DNA from: a virus
Length of the DNA: 37,727 bases
Reading direction: 5' to 3' (one strand)
Virus record (IMG/VR): IMGVR_UViG_3300048848_000022
Coordinates: 1 to 37,727 of that record
The position numbers and the translations under genes were made by a program. Numbering within the stretch: position 1 is the stretch's first letter; every line of letters begins with the position of its first letter. This document shows positions 14,096 to 20,906 of this stretch, in pieces. The notes under the pieces are model-generated. The model saw only the letters and a list, made by a program, of their open reading frames with translations. It ran no database searches and was not told the DNA's origin.

Positions 14096-14480
14096 GCGTT
14101 GCTCTCCTTTCTTGGTTCCATTTTTTCCAAGCCGGATAAGGAAGGAAAACATCAGACGCTGAATGCGTAGGGACCTTCCTGGATTTTACCCAAGCCAGAT
14201 TTCGATATTTGATGCAGTCTCTGACCTGTCGATAATGAAGGCCCATTTTGTCGGCTATTTCGTTGATGGTCATGCCTTGAGTGCAAAGCTTTGAAAGTTC
14301 CTCAATGCGACCCGGAGTCCATTTTACGCGACGGTCGTTACCACCTCCAGTTTTAAGGCGGTTGAGTTTACCGATGACGGCGTTTCGGCTGATGCCAGTC
14401 TTTTCAGATATTTGCCTTGCGTTGAGGCCCGATTGCTTCATCCTAACGACACGGCCTGTAAGTTCGTCGTCCCAAATCAC
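14079..14480 (-). CDS. gcrA: GcrA-like cell-cycle regulator homolog (two HTH-like repeats)
   Basis: IWDDELTGRVVRMKQSGLNARQISEKTGISRNAVIGKLNRL matches the GcrA N-terminus (W.de....L..lw.eG.SasqIA..lG.vSRNAViGKvhRL). A second repeat reads WTPGRIEELSKLCTQGMTINEIADKMG. Confidence 0.75.
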   Translation of the reverse strand: MIWDDELTGRVVRMKQSGLNARQISEKTGISRNAVIGKLNRLKTGGGNDRRVKWTPGRIEELSKLCTQGMTINEIADKMGLHYRQVRDCIKYRNLAWVKSRKVPTHSASDVFLPYPAWKKWNQERRATRAERV

Positions 14481-14638
14481 GACTTAACCCCCGCCGCCTT
14501 GCATGTCCGCTTACCGGGCGGCATTCGACCGGCCATGACGGCATGGATGTGTCCGACCTGGATTCCGATTTTAGCCGCAAACTTATCCGGTCCGCCTGAT
14601 GCGGTGACGGCGGCGATGACTTGATCGCGGGGGGTCAT
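14477..14638 (-). CDS. Small Cro/YdaS-like HTH protein (53 aa)
   Basis: MTPRDQVIAAVTASGGPDKFAAKIGIQVGHIHAVMAGRMPPGK; ATGA and GTGA coupling on both sides. Confidence 0.55.
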   Translation of the reverse strand: MTPRDQVIAAVTASGGPDKFAAKIGIQVGHIHAVMAGRMPPGKRTCKAAGVKS

Positions 14639-14883
14639 GCTGCGGTGCCGGGATGCGTCGGGAATGGTTGCCACGCGACAGGCAACTCTTTCTTGCCGAG
14701 CATATTCCACCGCTTTTCATCGGGAATCCAGCGTGAGACTGTGACGGTTTTCCCATCAGCGGACGCAACGATTACTGGCTCGGACTGATGAACTTTTCGC
14801 ACCGACCCCTTTGGACCCGGAAGTTCAATCATCTTGCCGCGTGGCGCGTTCTCTAAATCAGTTCTCCACTCGCTCATCATCAT
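14635..14883 (-). CDS. Hypothetical protein, DUF551-like (W..enAP.g...W.P.P)
   Basis: Triple ATG 14883/14880/14877 after GGTGAGGAG. SEWRTDLENAPRGKMIEL...PVAWQPFPTHP resembles 15894..16109. Confidence 0.55.
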   Translation of the reverse strand: MMMSEWRTDLENAPRGKMIELPGPKGSVRKVHQSEPVIVASADGKTVTVSRWIPDEKRWNMLGKKELPVAWQPFPTHPGTAA

Positions 14884-14912
14884 CTCCTCACCGACCCAAC
14901 GTCGGCACGCCC

Positions 14913-14940
14913 ACCATATCGCAGCGGTGGATATGCTCAA
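14913..14940 (-). promoter_or_regulatory. Promoter P7 (TTGAGC-N16-TATGGT) for the inverted island
   Basis: Minus strand reads CCTTGAGCATATCCACCGCTGCGATATGGTGGGCG; divergent from P1. Confidence 0.5.
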
Positions 14941-14973
14941 GGGAAATATGTGCGTCGGTGTCGATTTATGCAC

Positions 14974-15001
14974 TTGACCATAACTCGGGCCGGTGTATGG
15001 T
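14974..15001 (+). promoter_or_regulatory. Promoter P1 (TTGACC-N16-TATGGT)
   Basis: CTTGACCATAACTCGGGCCGGTGTATGGTTGAGG followed by GGAAGAGGAGAGATTGAGATG (15029). Confidence 0.55.
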
Positions 15002-15028
15002 TGAGGTATTGGAAGAGGAGAGATTGAG

Positions 15029-15427
15029 ATGGCCGTAACGGTTGGATCGAAAGAGCACGTCGAGGCGCAACGGACGCTTAACGAGCTGGCTTCAAAGGAA
15101 GTAGGCCTTATCCACCTTCAAACCCCCGCACAGAAAGCCCAGCAAACCGCCTATAACGAGTTCATCGCGGACTACGTTGAGCGGCATGGCGAATGCAAGG
15201 CGACGCGCGATGAGGCGCATGAGGTGGCGGAATGGATTGAGACGATGGCTAAAGAGGTTCTGTCGTTATGCCGCAAATACGCGGGAGACGATCTTGTAGC
15301 TAGTGATGCTGCAAATGACCTTGCTGCGGGATTTATCTGCGACGGATACAACGACATCGACGGCAAAGACGAGGCCAAGTTTCTAGCGGCCTGCGCGATT
15401 GCTGCGGCTTTGGAGGTGTCGGCATGA
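15029..15427 (+). CDS. Acidic hypothetical early protein (132 aa)
   Basis: First gene after P1; D/E-rich. Confidence 0.6.
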   Translation: MAVTVGSKEHVEAQRTLNELASKEVGLIHLQTPAQKAQQTAYNEFIADYVERHGECKATRDEAHEVAEWIETMAKEVLSLCRKYAGDDLVASDAANDLAAGFICDGYNDIDGKDEAKFLAACAIAAALEVSA

Positions 15428-15606
15428 TCCCCCACCCCGCAAACTACGAGCAATCCCTATCCCTGCTCACCTTCGCCATCGGATGCATCGAAGCTCATGC
15501 GCCGACCACGAAAGACGAGGCGGATAGGCTTTATTGGGCGGTAAGTCGCCTGGATCGCGCGGCTGTTAAGGCGGCTGGTGCTTTGAAAGAGGAGAAGGTG
15601 TGGTGA
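15424..15606 (+). CDS. Hypothetical protein (60 aa)
   Basis: ORF track; ATGA overlap. Confidence 0.55.
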   Translation: MIPHPANYEQSLSLLTFAIGCIEAHAPTTKDEADRLYWAVSRLDRAAVKAAGALKEEKVW

Positions 15607-15773
15607 TCAAGCGCGTTCTAAGCAATAAAATTACATGGCAGATAGCAAGGGGCGGCCTCCTTGGGGCGGCGGCATCTGGTGCTTTTCAAAGCAGCCTAAT
15701 GCACGGCGTTTTGATGTTCGTCGCCATGCTTTCTATCCACTCATCGTTGATGTTTTTGGAGGCGAGCAAATGA
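15603..15773 (+). CDS. Small membrane protein (56 aa, VIKRVLSNKITWQIARGGLLGAAASGAFQSSLMHGVLMFVAMLSIHSSLMFLEASK)
   Basis: Hand-translated; GTGA overlap upstream, ATGA overlap downstream; AGAGGAGAAGG upstream; two hydrophobic stretches. Confidence 0.5.
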   Translation: MIKRVLSNKITWQIARGGLLGAAASGAFQSSLMHGVLMFVAMLSIHSSLMFLEASK

Positions 15774-15892
15774 CCCGCCCCAGCATCCGCACCGCCGTAG
15801 AGATAGCGGCATTCATCGTCATGGTTACGGCCATGGCAGCAGTTTCATTGGTCAGCTTTTTGTTTCTGGCCGTTATGTTGGGAGGGGGTTGA
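15770..15892 (+). CDS. Small membrane protein (40 aa, MTRPSIRTAVEIAAFIVMVTAMAAVSLVSFLFLAVMLGGG)
   Basis: Internal ATG of ORF 15635..15892, coupled to the previous ORF; one long TM segment. Confidence 0.5.
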   Translation: MTRPSIRTAVEIAAFIVMVTAMAAVSLVSFLFLAVMLGGG

Positions 15893-15893
15893 G

Positions 15894-16109
15894 ATGTGGT
15901 TTCCGATTGAGAGCGCGCCTAAGGGCGGTACATATGTGCTGGTGTCTGATGGAGTAGAAGTCGAAAAAGCGAAGTTTCATGAATGGGAGCATTTTTTTAC
16001 CGAACAAAAAATTAGGGGATGGGTATTGAACTGGAACACTGAGTATGGATGTCCAGATGAATGGATGACGGCCACCCACTGGCAACCCCTACCGGAGCCC
16101 CCGCAATGA
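15894..16109 (+). CDS. Hypothetical protein, DUF551-like
   Basis: MWFPIESAPKGGTYVLV...THWQPLPEPPQ. Confidence 0.6.
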   Translation: MWFPIESAPKGGTYVLVSDGVEVEKAKFHEWEHFFTEQKIRGWVLNWNTEYGCPDEWMTATHWQPLPEPPQ

Positions 16110-16375
16110 CCGTCCGTATCGCAGTAACCCCAGCCATCCACCAATCCGTTCACAACGCCTCACAGGCCCTCAGCAGGGCCGCTACAGGGCTTAGCGGGTG
16201 GACGACATGGGAAAGCCTTCACCAGTCGGAGACGGCTATCAACCGAGCGATGGATGACCTTCGCAAGCTGCGTGGTCCAATCCGTGCGATGAAGCTGGAG
16301 ATCAAGCAGGCCGAGCGTCGGGCTGAGGTTGATCGGGATATTGTGGCGCGGAGTCAGAGGGGGGTGTGCGCGTGA
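16106..16375 (+). CDS. Hypothetical protein (89 aa)
   Basis: ATGA-coupled internal start of ORF 16061..16375. Confidence 0.55.
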   Translation: MTVRIAVTPAIHQSVHNASQALSRAATGLSGWTTWESLHQSETAINRAMDDLRKLRGPIRAMKLEIKQAERRAEVDRDIVARSQRGVCA

Positions 16376-16548
16376 TTGTCGAGAGAACTCAAAAGTATCA
16401 ACGCGCCATGAACTTTCGTTCATCTCACGCCCTTCGCATTCTCAGCGGAGAATCGTTCATAATTGCCGTTAGAGCGCCATGGTATAAAAGAATGATCGGC
16501 ATCAAGACCGTGAATAAGCGCTTTGGCGTCGTAAAGGATAAGGCATGA
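16366..16548 (+). CDS. Basic hypothetical protein (~58-60 aa)
   Basis: ORF track; GTG start at 16366 or 16372. Confidence 0.45.
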   Translation: MRVIVERTQKYQRAMNFRSSHALRILSGESFIIAVRAPWYKRMIGIKTVNKRFGVVKDKA

Positions 16549-16733
16549 CTACCCCAACCAACAACATCCACAAGCGCGGTTTCGCCAGCATGGACAAGGA
16601 CCGACTGCGGGAGGTCTCAAGCAAGGCCGGTGCGGCTGTTCCTGCTCATAAACGCTCGTTCGCAAAAGACCCGGAACTGGCAAAACGTGCCGGGGCTTTG
16701 GGTGGTGCAAAGAAGCTGGATAAAGACGCTTGA
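16545..16733 (+). CDS. KGG-repeat (YciG-like) stress-protein homolog
   Basis: KRGFASMDKDRLREVSSKAG...KRSFAKDPELAKRAGALGG fits the KGG-motif repeat (RGFASMD...SKGG...F..D.e.A.eAG.KGG). Confidence 0.5.
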   Translation: MTTPTNNIHKRGFASMDKDRLREVSSKAGAAVPAHKRSFAKDPELAKRAGALGGAKKLDKDA

Positions 16734-16757
16734 CCATAACCATGCGTGGTGTATGGT
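16730..16757 (+). promoter_or_regulatory. Promoter P2 (TTGACC-N16-TATGGT)
   Basis: CTTGACCATAACCATGCGTGGTGTATGGTTTGG, then AGAAGAGGAGAGAGAGATG (16780). The stop codon of the upstream gene lies inside the -35. Confidence 0.55.
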
Positions 16758-16779
16758 TTGGATAGAAGAGGAGAGAGAG

Positions 16780-17010
16780 ATGACGTATCGTATTGCAACG
16801 CTGGACCCGACTGACGCGCGGCCTATGCGACATAACGACGGATCAATGATTATTATGTACGGCGAGCCTGGAGGCGACGGTACGCGACCGGCATTGCTGG
16901 TTCCGATGATTATTCGCCCCAAACGAGGCGATGCATGGAAGACGCATGATCCGCAACAAGAGGAGTTTGCCAAGAAGGTTGTTGATCTTCTGAACGGAGA
17001 CGCAGCATGA
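16780..17010 (+). CDS. Hypothetical protein (76 aa, MTYRIATLDPTDARPM...)
   Basis: Internal ATG of ORF 16630..17010, directly after the P2 leader and RBS. Confidence 0.6.
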   Translation: MTYRIATLDPTDARPMRHNDGSMIIMYGEPGGDGTRPALLVPMIIRPKRGDAWKTHDPQQEEFAKKVVDLLNGDAA

Positions 17011-18230
17011 CCCGCGACGCTGAGGGCAGATCCACCCAGAGCGTCGTCGTGCCAGTTGAGCTAGTTAATAAACTTGTTCAGGAGCTGGCCCCCGACCAGG
17101 GCCAATCCGCAAGCATTGCCTTTGGGCTTGCTTTGGAGCTTCAAGGCGAGATTGCCGTGCCTCCATCTATCTCAACATTGCGCGCGGACTTGAATAACTA
17201 TGTGACGCGCTGCATCCGATCAACACCAGAGGCCGATATGAGCCTTGAGGAAGCGCTTATTTCTCGGGCTGCAAGGGCATTGTCCGCCCCCGCCCCGTCA
17301 TCGCTGGCGGGTGGGGAGGTGTGGGCTGCGTTGGAGCCATTCGCCAAGGTTGCGGATACGGCGCTGTGTCCGTCTGATGAGCCCGACGACAACGATTTCA
17401 TTCGTCTGGACGAAACGATTGCGATCACCGTTGCAGACATTCGCCGCGCCGCATCTGTGTTCGCCGCCCTATCCCCGGAAGCCCCAGCGCGGGAGGGGGT
17501 GGACACGTTGCGTGACGCCTTACAAGAGGCTGCGGACGCCCTATCGTTCATAGGGCGTAACGAGTTCAAGGTTCAGCCTGACGACACAGGACCGGGTGGA
17601 AGCGGGCGAAAGTCTTGGACGCGGACCATGGTGGAAACGGTCTCTTTCGCCAAACGTAAGGGCGCGGATGCTGCGTACGCCCTCACCCCCCGCCATGAAG
17701 CCCCAGCCGAGGGGGCGGGGGAGCGTGAGAGACTGACTGACGCGTATATTGCTGGCGCGATGTCGGTGCACGAATACTGGACCGAGAACCCCGGCGAAGC
17801 GCCGCGCGGCGACCCTGAGTTTGATGAAACGGCGGGCGACTACGCCTATTCCATCCTCTCGGACCTCCGCGCCCGTTCGTCTGCGCCGGAAGCCCGCGGG
17901 GAAGCGCTAGGAAACCTGCTGGCAGTCATTCACGGCGACGGCGGACACAGGGCACTGGAAGTCGGAACCAAACAGGCTGCGCTTGAGGCTGAAAAGATCG
18001 TTGCTGGTTTATTTGCCGCCCCGAGCGCCGACAAGCTGCGGGAGTTCGGCCAGCACACGAACCTCGAACTCAGCTACCACTACAGCGAGGAGGGCGACAG
18101 CGACGGCTGGCAGGTTCACCGCGTCAACGGCGGCGTAAACGACCGCGAATGGGACTTGATCGGATCGGGCGCAACGCCTGCCGACGCCATCGATCAAGCC
18201 CTAGCCGCCCTGAAAGCGGATGGTGCGTGA
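17007..18230 (+). CDS. Multi-segment hypothetical protein (407 aa) carrying linker repeats A, B, B', C
   Basis: ORF track. The same linker peptides as 10242..10967 occur in the same order (APAPSSLAGG; LSPEAPAREG; EAPAEGAGE; RARSSAPEAR) but separate unrelated segments. Confidence 0.65.
   Translation: MTRDAEGRSTQSVVVPVELVNKLVQELAPDQGQSASIAFGLALELQGEIAVPPSISTLRADLNNYVTRCIRSTPEADMSLEEALISRAARALSAPAPSSLAGGEVWAALEPFAKVADTALCPSDEPDDNDFIRLDETIAITVADIRRAASVFAALSPEAPAREGVDTLRDALQEAADALSFIGRNEFKVQPDDTGPGGSGRKSWTRTMVETVSFAKRKGADAAYALTPRHEAPAEGAGERERLTDAYIAGAMSVHEYWTENPGEAPRGDPEFDETAGDYAYSILSDLRARSSAPEARGEALGNLLAVIHGDGGHRALEVGTKQAALEAEKIVAGLFAAPSADKLREFGQHTNLELSYHYSEEGDSDGWQVHRVNGGVNDREWDLIGSGATPADAIDQALAALKADGA
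17284..17314 (+). repeat. Linker repeat A, copy 2
   Basis: 31/31 identical to 10551..10581. Confidence 0.9.
17461..17488 (+). repeat. Linker repeat B, copy 2 (5' half)
   Basis: 28/28 identical to 10705..10732. Confidence 0.9.
17705..17732 (+). repeat. Linker repeat B, copy 3 (3' half)
   Basis: 28/28 identical to 10722..10749. Confidence 0.9.
17868..17898 (+). repeat. Linker repeat C, copy 2
   Basis: 31/31 identical to 10923..10953. Confidence 0.9.
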
Positions 18231-18565
18231 TGGCTGGTCAGCACTGCTTCGACAAGCGAGGCACCCCCATTGAGCGTGGGGACGTAGTGAAGGTTTTCCA
18301 CTTCATCGGAGGTAGGGGCAAGCGGCACTACATGTTCAAGCAGTGCTTGGGCCTGAGCCGCTATCCTTCATCTCCCGAGGGATGGGCTGGCGTCTTTTTC
18401 TCGCACCTGAATTTCCGCGAGATCGGCGACCGCGACAACGGGCCGTATCACGAGGAGCCCGGCAAGTTTCTGTCCGGGTATGAAATCGTCCAGTCGATCA
18501 AATGTGACCACGAGGAACGTGAGCGCGCCACCCCTGACGCCCTGAAGGGGGATGCGAAGCCATGA
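18230..18565 (+). CDS. Hypothetical protein (111 aa)
   Basis: TGATG-coupled internal start of ORF 18149..18565. Confidence 0.55.
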   Translation: MAGQHCFDKRGTPIERGDVVKVFHFIGGRGKRHYMFKQCLGLSRYPSSPEGWAGVFFSHLNFREIGDRDNGPYHEEPGKFLSGYEIVQSIKCDHEERERATPDALKGDAKP

Positions 18566-18762
18566 GCGAAGAACGCGAAGTCACGACCCATGACGCGACG
18601 ACCGGCGAGACCGTAACGCGAACTCAGGTCGTCCACGTCATCGACACCGGCCACGAGCCAGGAGAGCAGGTCCAGGACAGCGAGACGGGGGAGATTATAT
18701 TTCCTGGCTGGCGTCGGCCCCTGCGGTTGATCGAAGGCGGACTGAATGGGGATGCGAAATGA
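18562..18762 (+). CDS. Hypothetical acidic protein (66 aa)
   Basis: ORF track; ATGA overlap. Confidence 0.55.
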   Translation: MSEEREVTTHDATTGETVTRTQVVHVIDTGHEPGEQVQDSETGEIIFPGWRRPLRLIEGGLNGDAK

Positions 18763-18896
18763 TCGGGTTCGAGGTGTCCGACATTGCGATTGTTGCCGCC
18801 TGCGCGCTGATCGCCGTTGCCATCATCTGCCGAACCGTGACCCATCTGAGCCGAAAGGATGATCGGCAGACCTTCTGGAGCGAATGGGATGACTGA
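18759..18896 (+). CDS. Small membrane protein (45 aa, MIGFEVSDIAIVAACALIAVAIICRTVTHLSRKDDRQTFWSEWDD)
   Basis: Hand-translated; ATGA overlap upstream; overlaps the next start by 8 nt; one TM segment. Confidence 0.5.
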   Translation: MIGFEVSDIAIVAACALIAVAIICRTVTHLSRKDDRQTFWSEWDD

Positions 18897-19353
18897 CGCC
18901 CCCACCACCCGAGAGACAGCCGACCATGCGGAACTCAAGCGGCTGGCTGAGGCTGCGAAGGCGCTGTGGTTAGACGAGGGATGGTTCGATTACCGAACTC
19001 TTTCTCTCGGGTTCGAACTAGATAGCGAAGACGCCGCCTTCATCGCCGCCGCCAACCCCGCTCGCGTCCTCGCCCTCCTGTCGGAGATAGCGGCGCTGCG
19101 TGGTGAGGTTGCGGCGTTAGACGAAATGCGCGGTGTTGTCCGCGTAGTCACAGCCAGAGCCACCCAAGCCGAGCGCCAGCGCGGCGAGTTGCGGAAGGCG
19201 CTGGAGCCGTTCGCCGACATAGGAAGCCGCTACCGGACAGGCGGGCTCCGTCAGGACATTGAGAGCCGCGCGCCCAGCTTCATGCGGCTGCTCGATTTCA
19301 AAGCGTTCCGTCACGCTGACAGCCTGATCGCCAACCAGGGAGCCGACCAATGA
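18889..19353 (+). CDS. Coiled-coil hypothetical protein (Ead/Ea22-like pattern AANPARVLALLSEIAALR)
   Basis: Internal ATG 18889 of ORF 18859..19353. Confidence 0.5.
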   Translation: MTDAPTTRETADHAELKRLAEAAKALWLDEGWFDYRTLSLGFELDSEDAAFIAAANPARVLALLSEIAALRGEVAALDEMRGVVRVVTARATQAERQRGELRKALEPFADIGSRYRTGGLRQDIESRAPSFMRLLDFKAFRHADSLIANQGADQ

Positions 19354-19508
19354 CCGACCGCGTGAAATGGATCGTGACCTATACTGCTGTGGCCGTCGTC
19401 AGCGCGCCGATATGGTTGTTTTGGGGGCGAATGTGGTGGGAGGGAGTCAACCGCATTCTGACAGCGCCGCTTTCCGAACTCATCTGCGTAGGGATGCAGT
19501 GCCAATGA
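19350..19508 (+). CDS. Small membrane protein (52 aa, MTDRVKWIVTYTAVAVVSAPIWLFWGRMWWEG...)
   Basis: Hand-translated; ATGA overlaps at both ends. Confidence 0.5.
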   Translation: MTDRVKWIVTYTAVAVVSAPIWLFWGRMWWEGVNRILTAPLSELICVGMQCQ

Positions 19509-19708
19509 CCGACCATAGCGCGGCGGCTTGCGGCTGTTACGACTGCCTGAAGGGCAAGGTGAACCCCGACACGGGTTGGCCGATCACGGCTTCGCGCTTC
19601 ATCGTCTGCCCTGACTGCGGGAACAAACGCTGCCCGAAAGCGACCAATCACGACAACGCCTGTACCGGATCGAACGCGCCCGGCCAGAAAGGGAGCCGTT
19701 ACGCATGA
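19505..19708 (+). CDS. Cys-rich zinc-ribbon-like protein (67 aa)
   Basis: CGCYDC...CPDCGNKRCPKATNHDNAC; ATGA-coupled internal start of ORF 19367..19708. Confidence 0.55.
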   Translation: MTDHSAAACGCYDCLKGKVNPDTGWPITASRFIVCPDCGNKRCPKATNHDNACTGSNAPGQKGSRYA

Positions 19709-19962
19709 CCTCCGACCATAGCGCGCTCATAGAACGGCTGGCGGAAACTCTCACGGCTATCGGCGGATGCTCGGACGGCGACTGCAAGGTCATTCCCCCG
19801 CGTGGAATGCACACGAACGGCGGCTGCAAGTGCTTCTACCGCGACCCCATGAAGGCCAACCGCGTCGTTCTGGCCTACCGATCCTTCGTCGGTCGTGCCG
19901 AGCTTCTGGCTGCTCGCCCCCTCCCATCCGCCCCTAACCAAGCAAAGGAGGCTGGAGAGTGA
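19705..19962 (+). CDS. Cys-rich hypothetical protein (85 aa)
   Basis: GGCSDGDCKV...GGCKCF; ATGA overlap. Confidence 0.55.
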   Translation: MTSDHSALIERLAETLTAIGGCSDGDCKVIPPRGMHTNGGCKCFYRDPMKANRVVLAYRSFVGRAELLAARPLPSAPNQAKEAGE

Positions 19963-20243
19963 TGGTTCATTCCGACGCCAAGAGCGGCTCCATACATGGC
20001 GGCGCGTGCGCCATCGTTGCAATCTTGCTGCTAGCTGGGTGTGCAGGCCCCTACGACGATTGGCCCCTTCGCCCTGCTGGATACGCGGGAGACACGCAGT
20101 TTTGGGAGGAGGCATTGAGCGGCTGCCTCTACGCATCCAGCGCCAAGGGCCGCTTCGAGCCCATGCCCCTGCTACGTCCAGACGGAACGCAAATGGGATG
20201 CCGCTCTAATCTCAACCCCAAGGCACAGGGAGAGGGACGATGA
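19959..20243 (+). CDS. Putative lipoprotein (candidate superinfection-exclusion factor)
   Basis: Signal peptide with lipobox: ...ACAIVAILLLAGC|AGPYDD. Confidence 0.55.
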   Translation: MMVHSDAKSGSIHGGACAIVAILLLAGCAGPYDDWPLRPAGYAGDTQFWEEALSGCLYASSAKGRFEPMPLLRPDGTQMGCRSNLNPKAQGEGR

Positions 20244-20410
20244 ACCCCATAGCCCAAGCCATCCACGACGTAGCCGAAGCTTGTGAGCAGCGCGTAGCTT
20301 ATCCCGGTCTATGGCGCGTTTATGCGGAGAACGGTCTAGTCTATTTCGAGAACATGGCTCATGGTGAGCCTGCCGTTGTGATCTGCACGGTTACGGGAGA
20401 GGTGGAGTGA
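20240..20410 (+). CDS. Small hypothetical protein (56 aa, MNPIAQAIHDVAEACEQRVAYPGLW...)
   Basis: Hand-translated; ATGA overlap upstream and TGATG overlap downstream. Confidence 0.5.
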   Translation: MNPIAQAIHDVAEACEQRVAYPGLWRVYAENGLVYFENMAHGEPAVVICTVTGEVE

Positions 20411-20637
20411 TGACCGACAACGTGATCCAGCTTGTTCCTGACTCGGTCGGAGAGGCGTATGAGGTTCAAGTCGTGGACGTACTGGATGGAGCCGCAGCCG
20501 AGGGGCTAACCATGGTTGGTGTGATTGGATATGACGCCGATGGTGGTCTGTTCGTCGCTGGATCACACGGTGATGGGGAGCTGATTATGCTCTTGGAGAG
20601 AGCCAAGCACTACATTCTGTTTGGAGAAGGCGGCTAA
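20410..20637 (+). CDS. Hypothetical protein (75 aa); last gene of the rightward operon
   Basis: ORF track (ATG 20410). Its stop overlaps the stop of the convergent Rz1 gene. Confidence 0.55.
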   Translation: MTDNVIQLVPDSVGEAYEVQVVDVLDGAAAEGLTMVGVIGYDADGGLFVAGSHGDGELIMLLERAKHYILFGEGG

Positions 20638-20906
20638 AACACCCACCACCGCTTCTTACCAGCCTCCGCAATCGTAACGACGGCCTCACGACGAGCATCG
20701 CACACGCGGAGGTCGCCGTCAGACTGGATCAGCGCGCGGCCCAGATCACCGACGGTCTGGGCCGCAGACACGTCAACGGTCGAGACACATGGCGCTTTTA
20801 GGCTTGCAGGAATCTCAATCGTGCTTGCGGTCGCGCACCCGCTGCAAATCGCGAGCGAACCCATCAGGCAAGCGAGTGTCAGAGCCTTCGATTGCGGAAA
20901 CTTCAT
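20634..20906 (-). CDS. Rz1: o-spanin (Rz1-like outer-membrane lipoprotein)
   Basis: ATG 20906 with AAGGA upstream. MKFPQSKALTLACLMGSLAICSGC has a lipobox. It starts inside the Rz gene in another frame and extends beyond it. Confidence 0.65.
   Translation of the reverse strand: MKFPQSKALTLACLMGSLAICSGCATASTIEIPASLKAPCVSTVDVSAAQTVGDLGRALIQSDGDLRVCDARREAVVTIAEAGKKRWWVF

Noticed and set aside
10551-17898. Linker repeats as a diversity-generating retroelement (TR/VR) or CRISPR-like array
   Set aside because: There is no reverse transcriptase anywhere in the genome. The repeats are exact (no A-specific mismatches) and only 28-31 nt long. They lie in coding linkers, not at a C-terminal variable region. 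They have no regular spacing and no cas genes.
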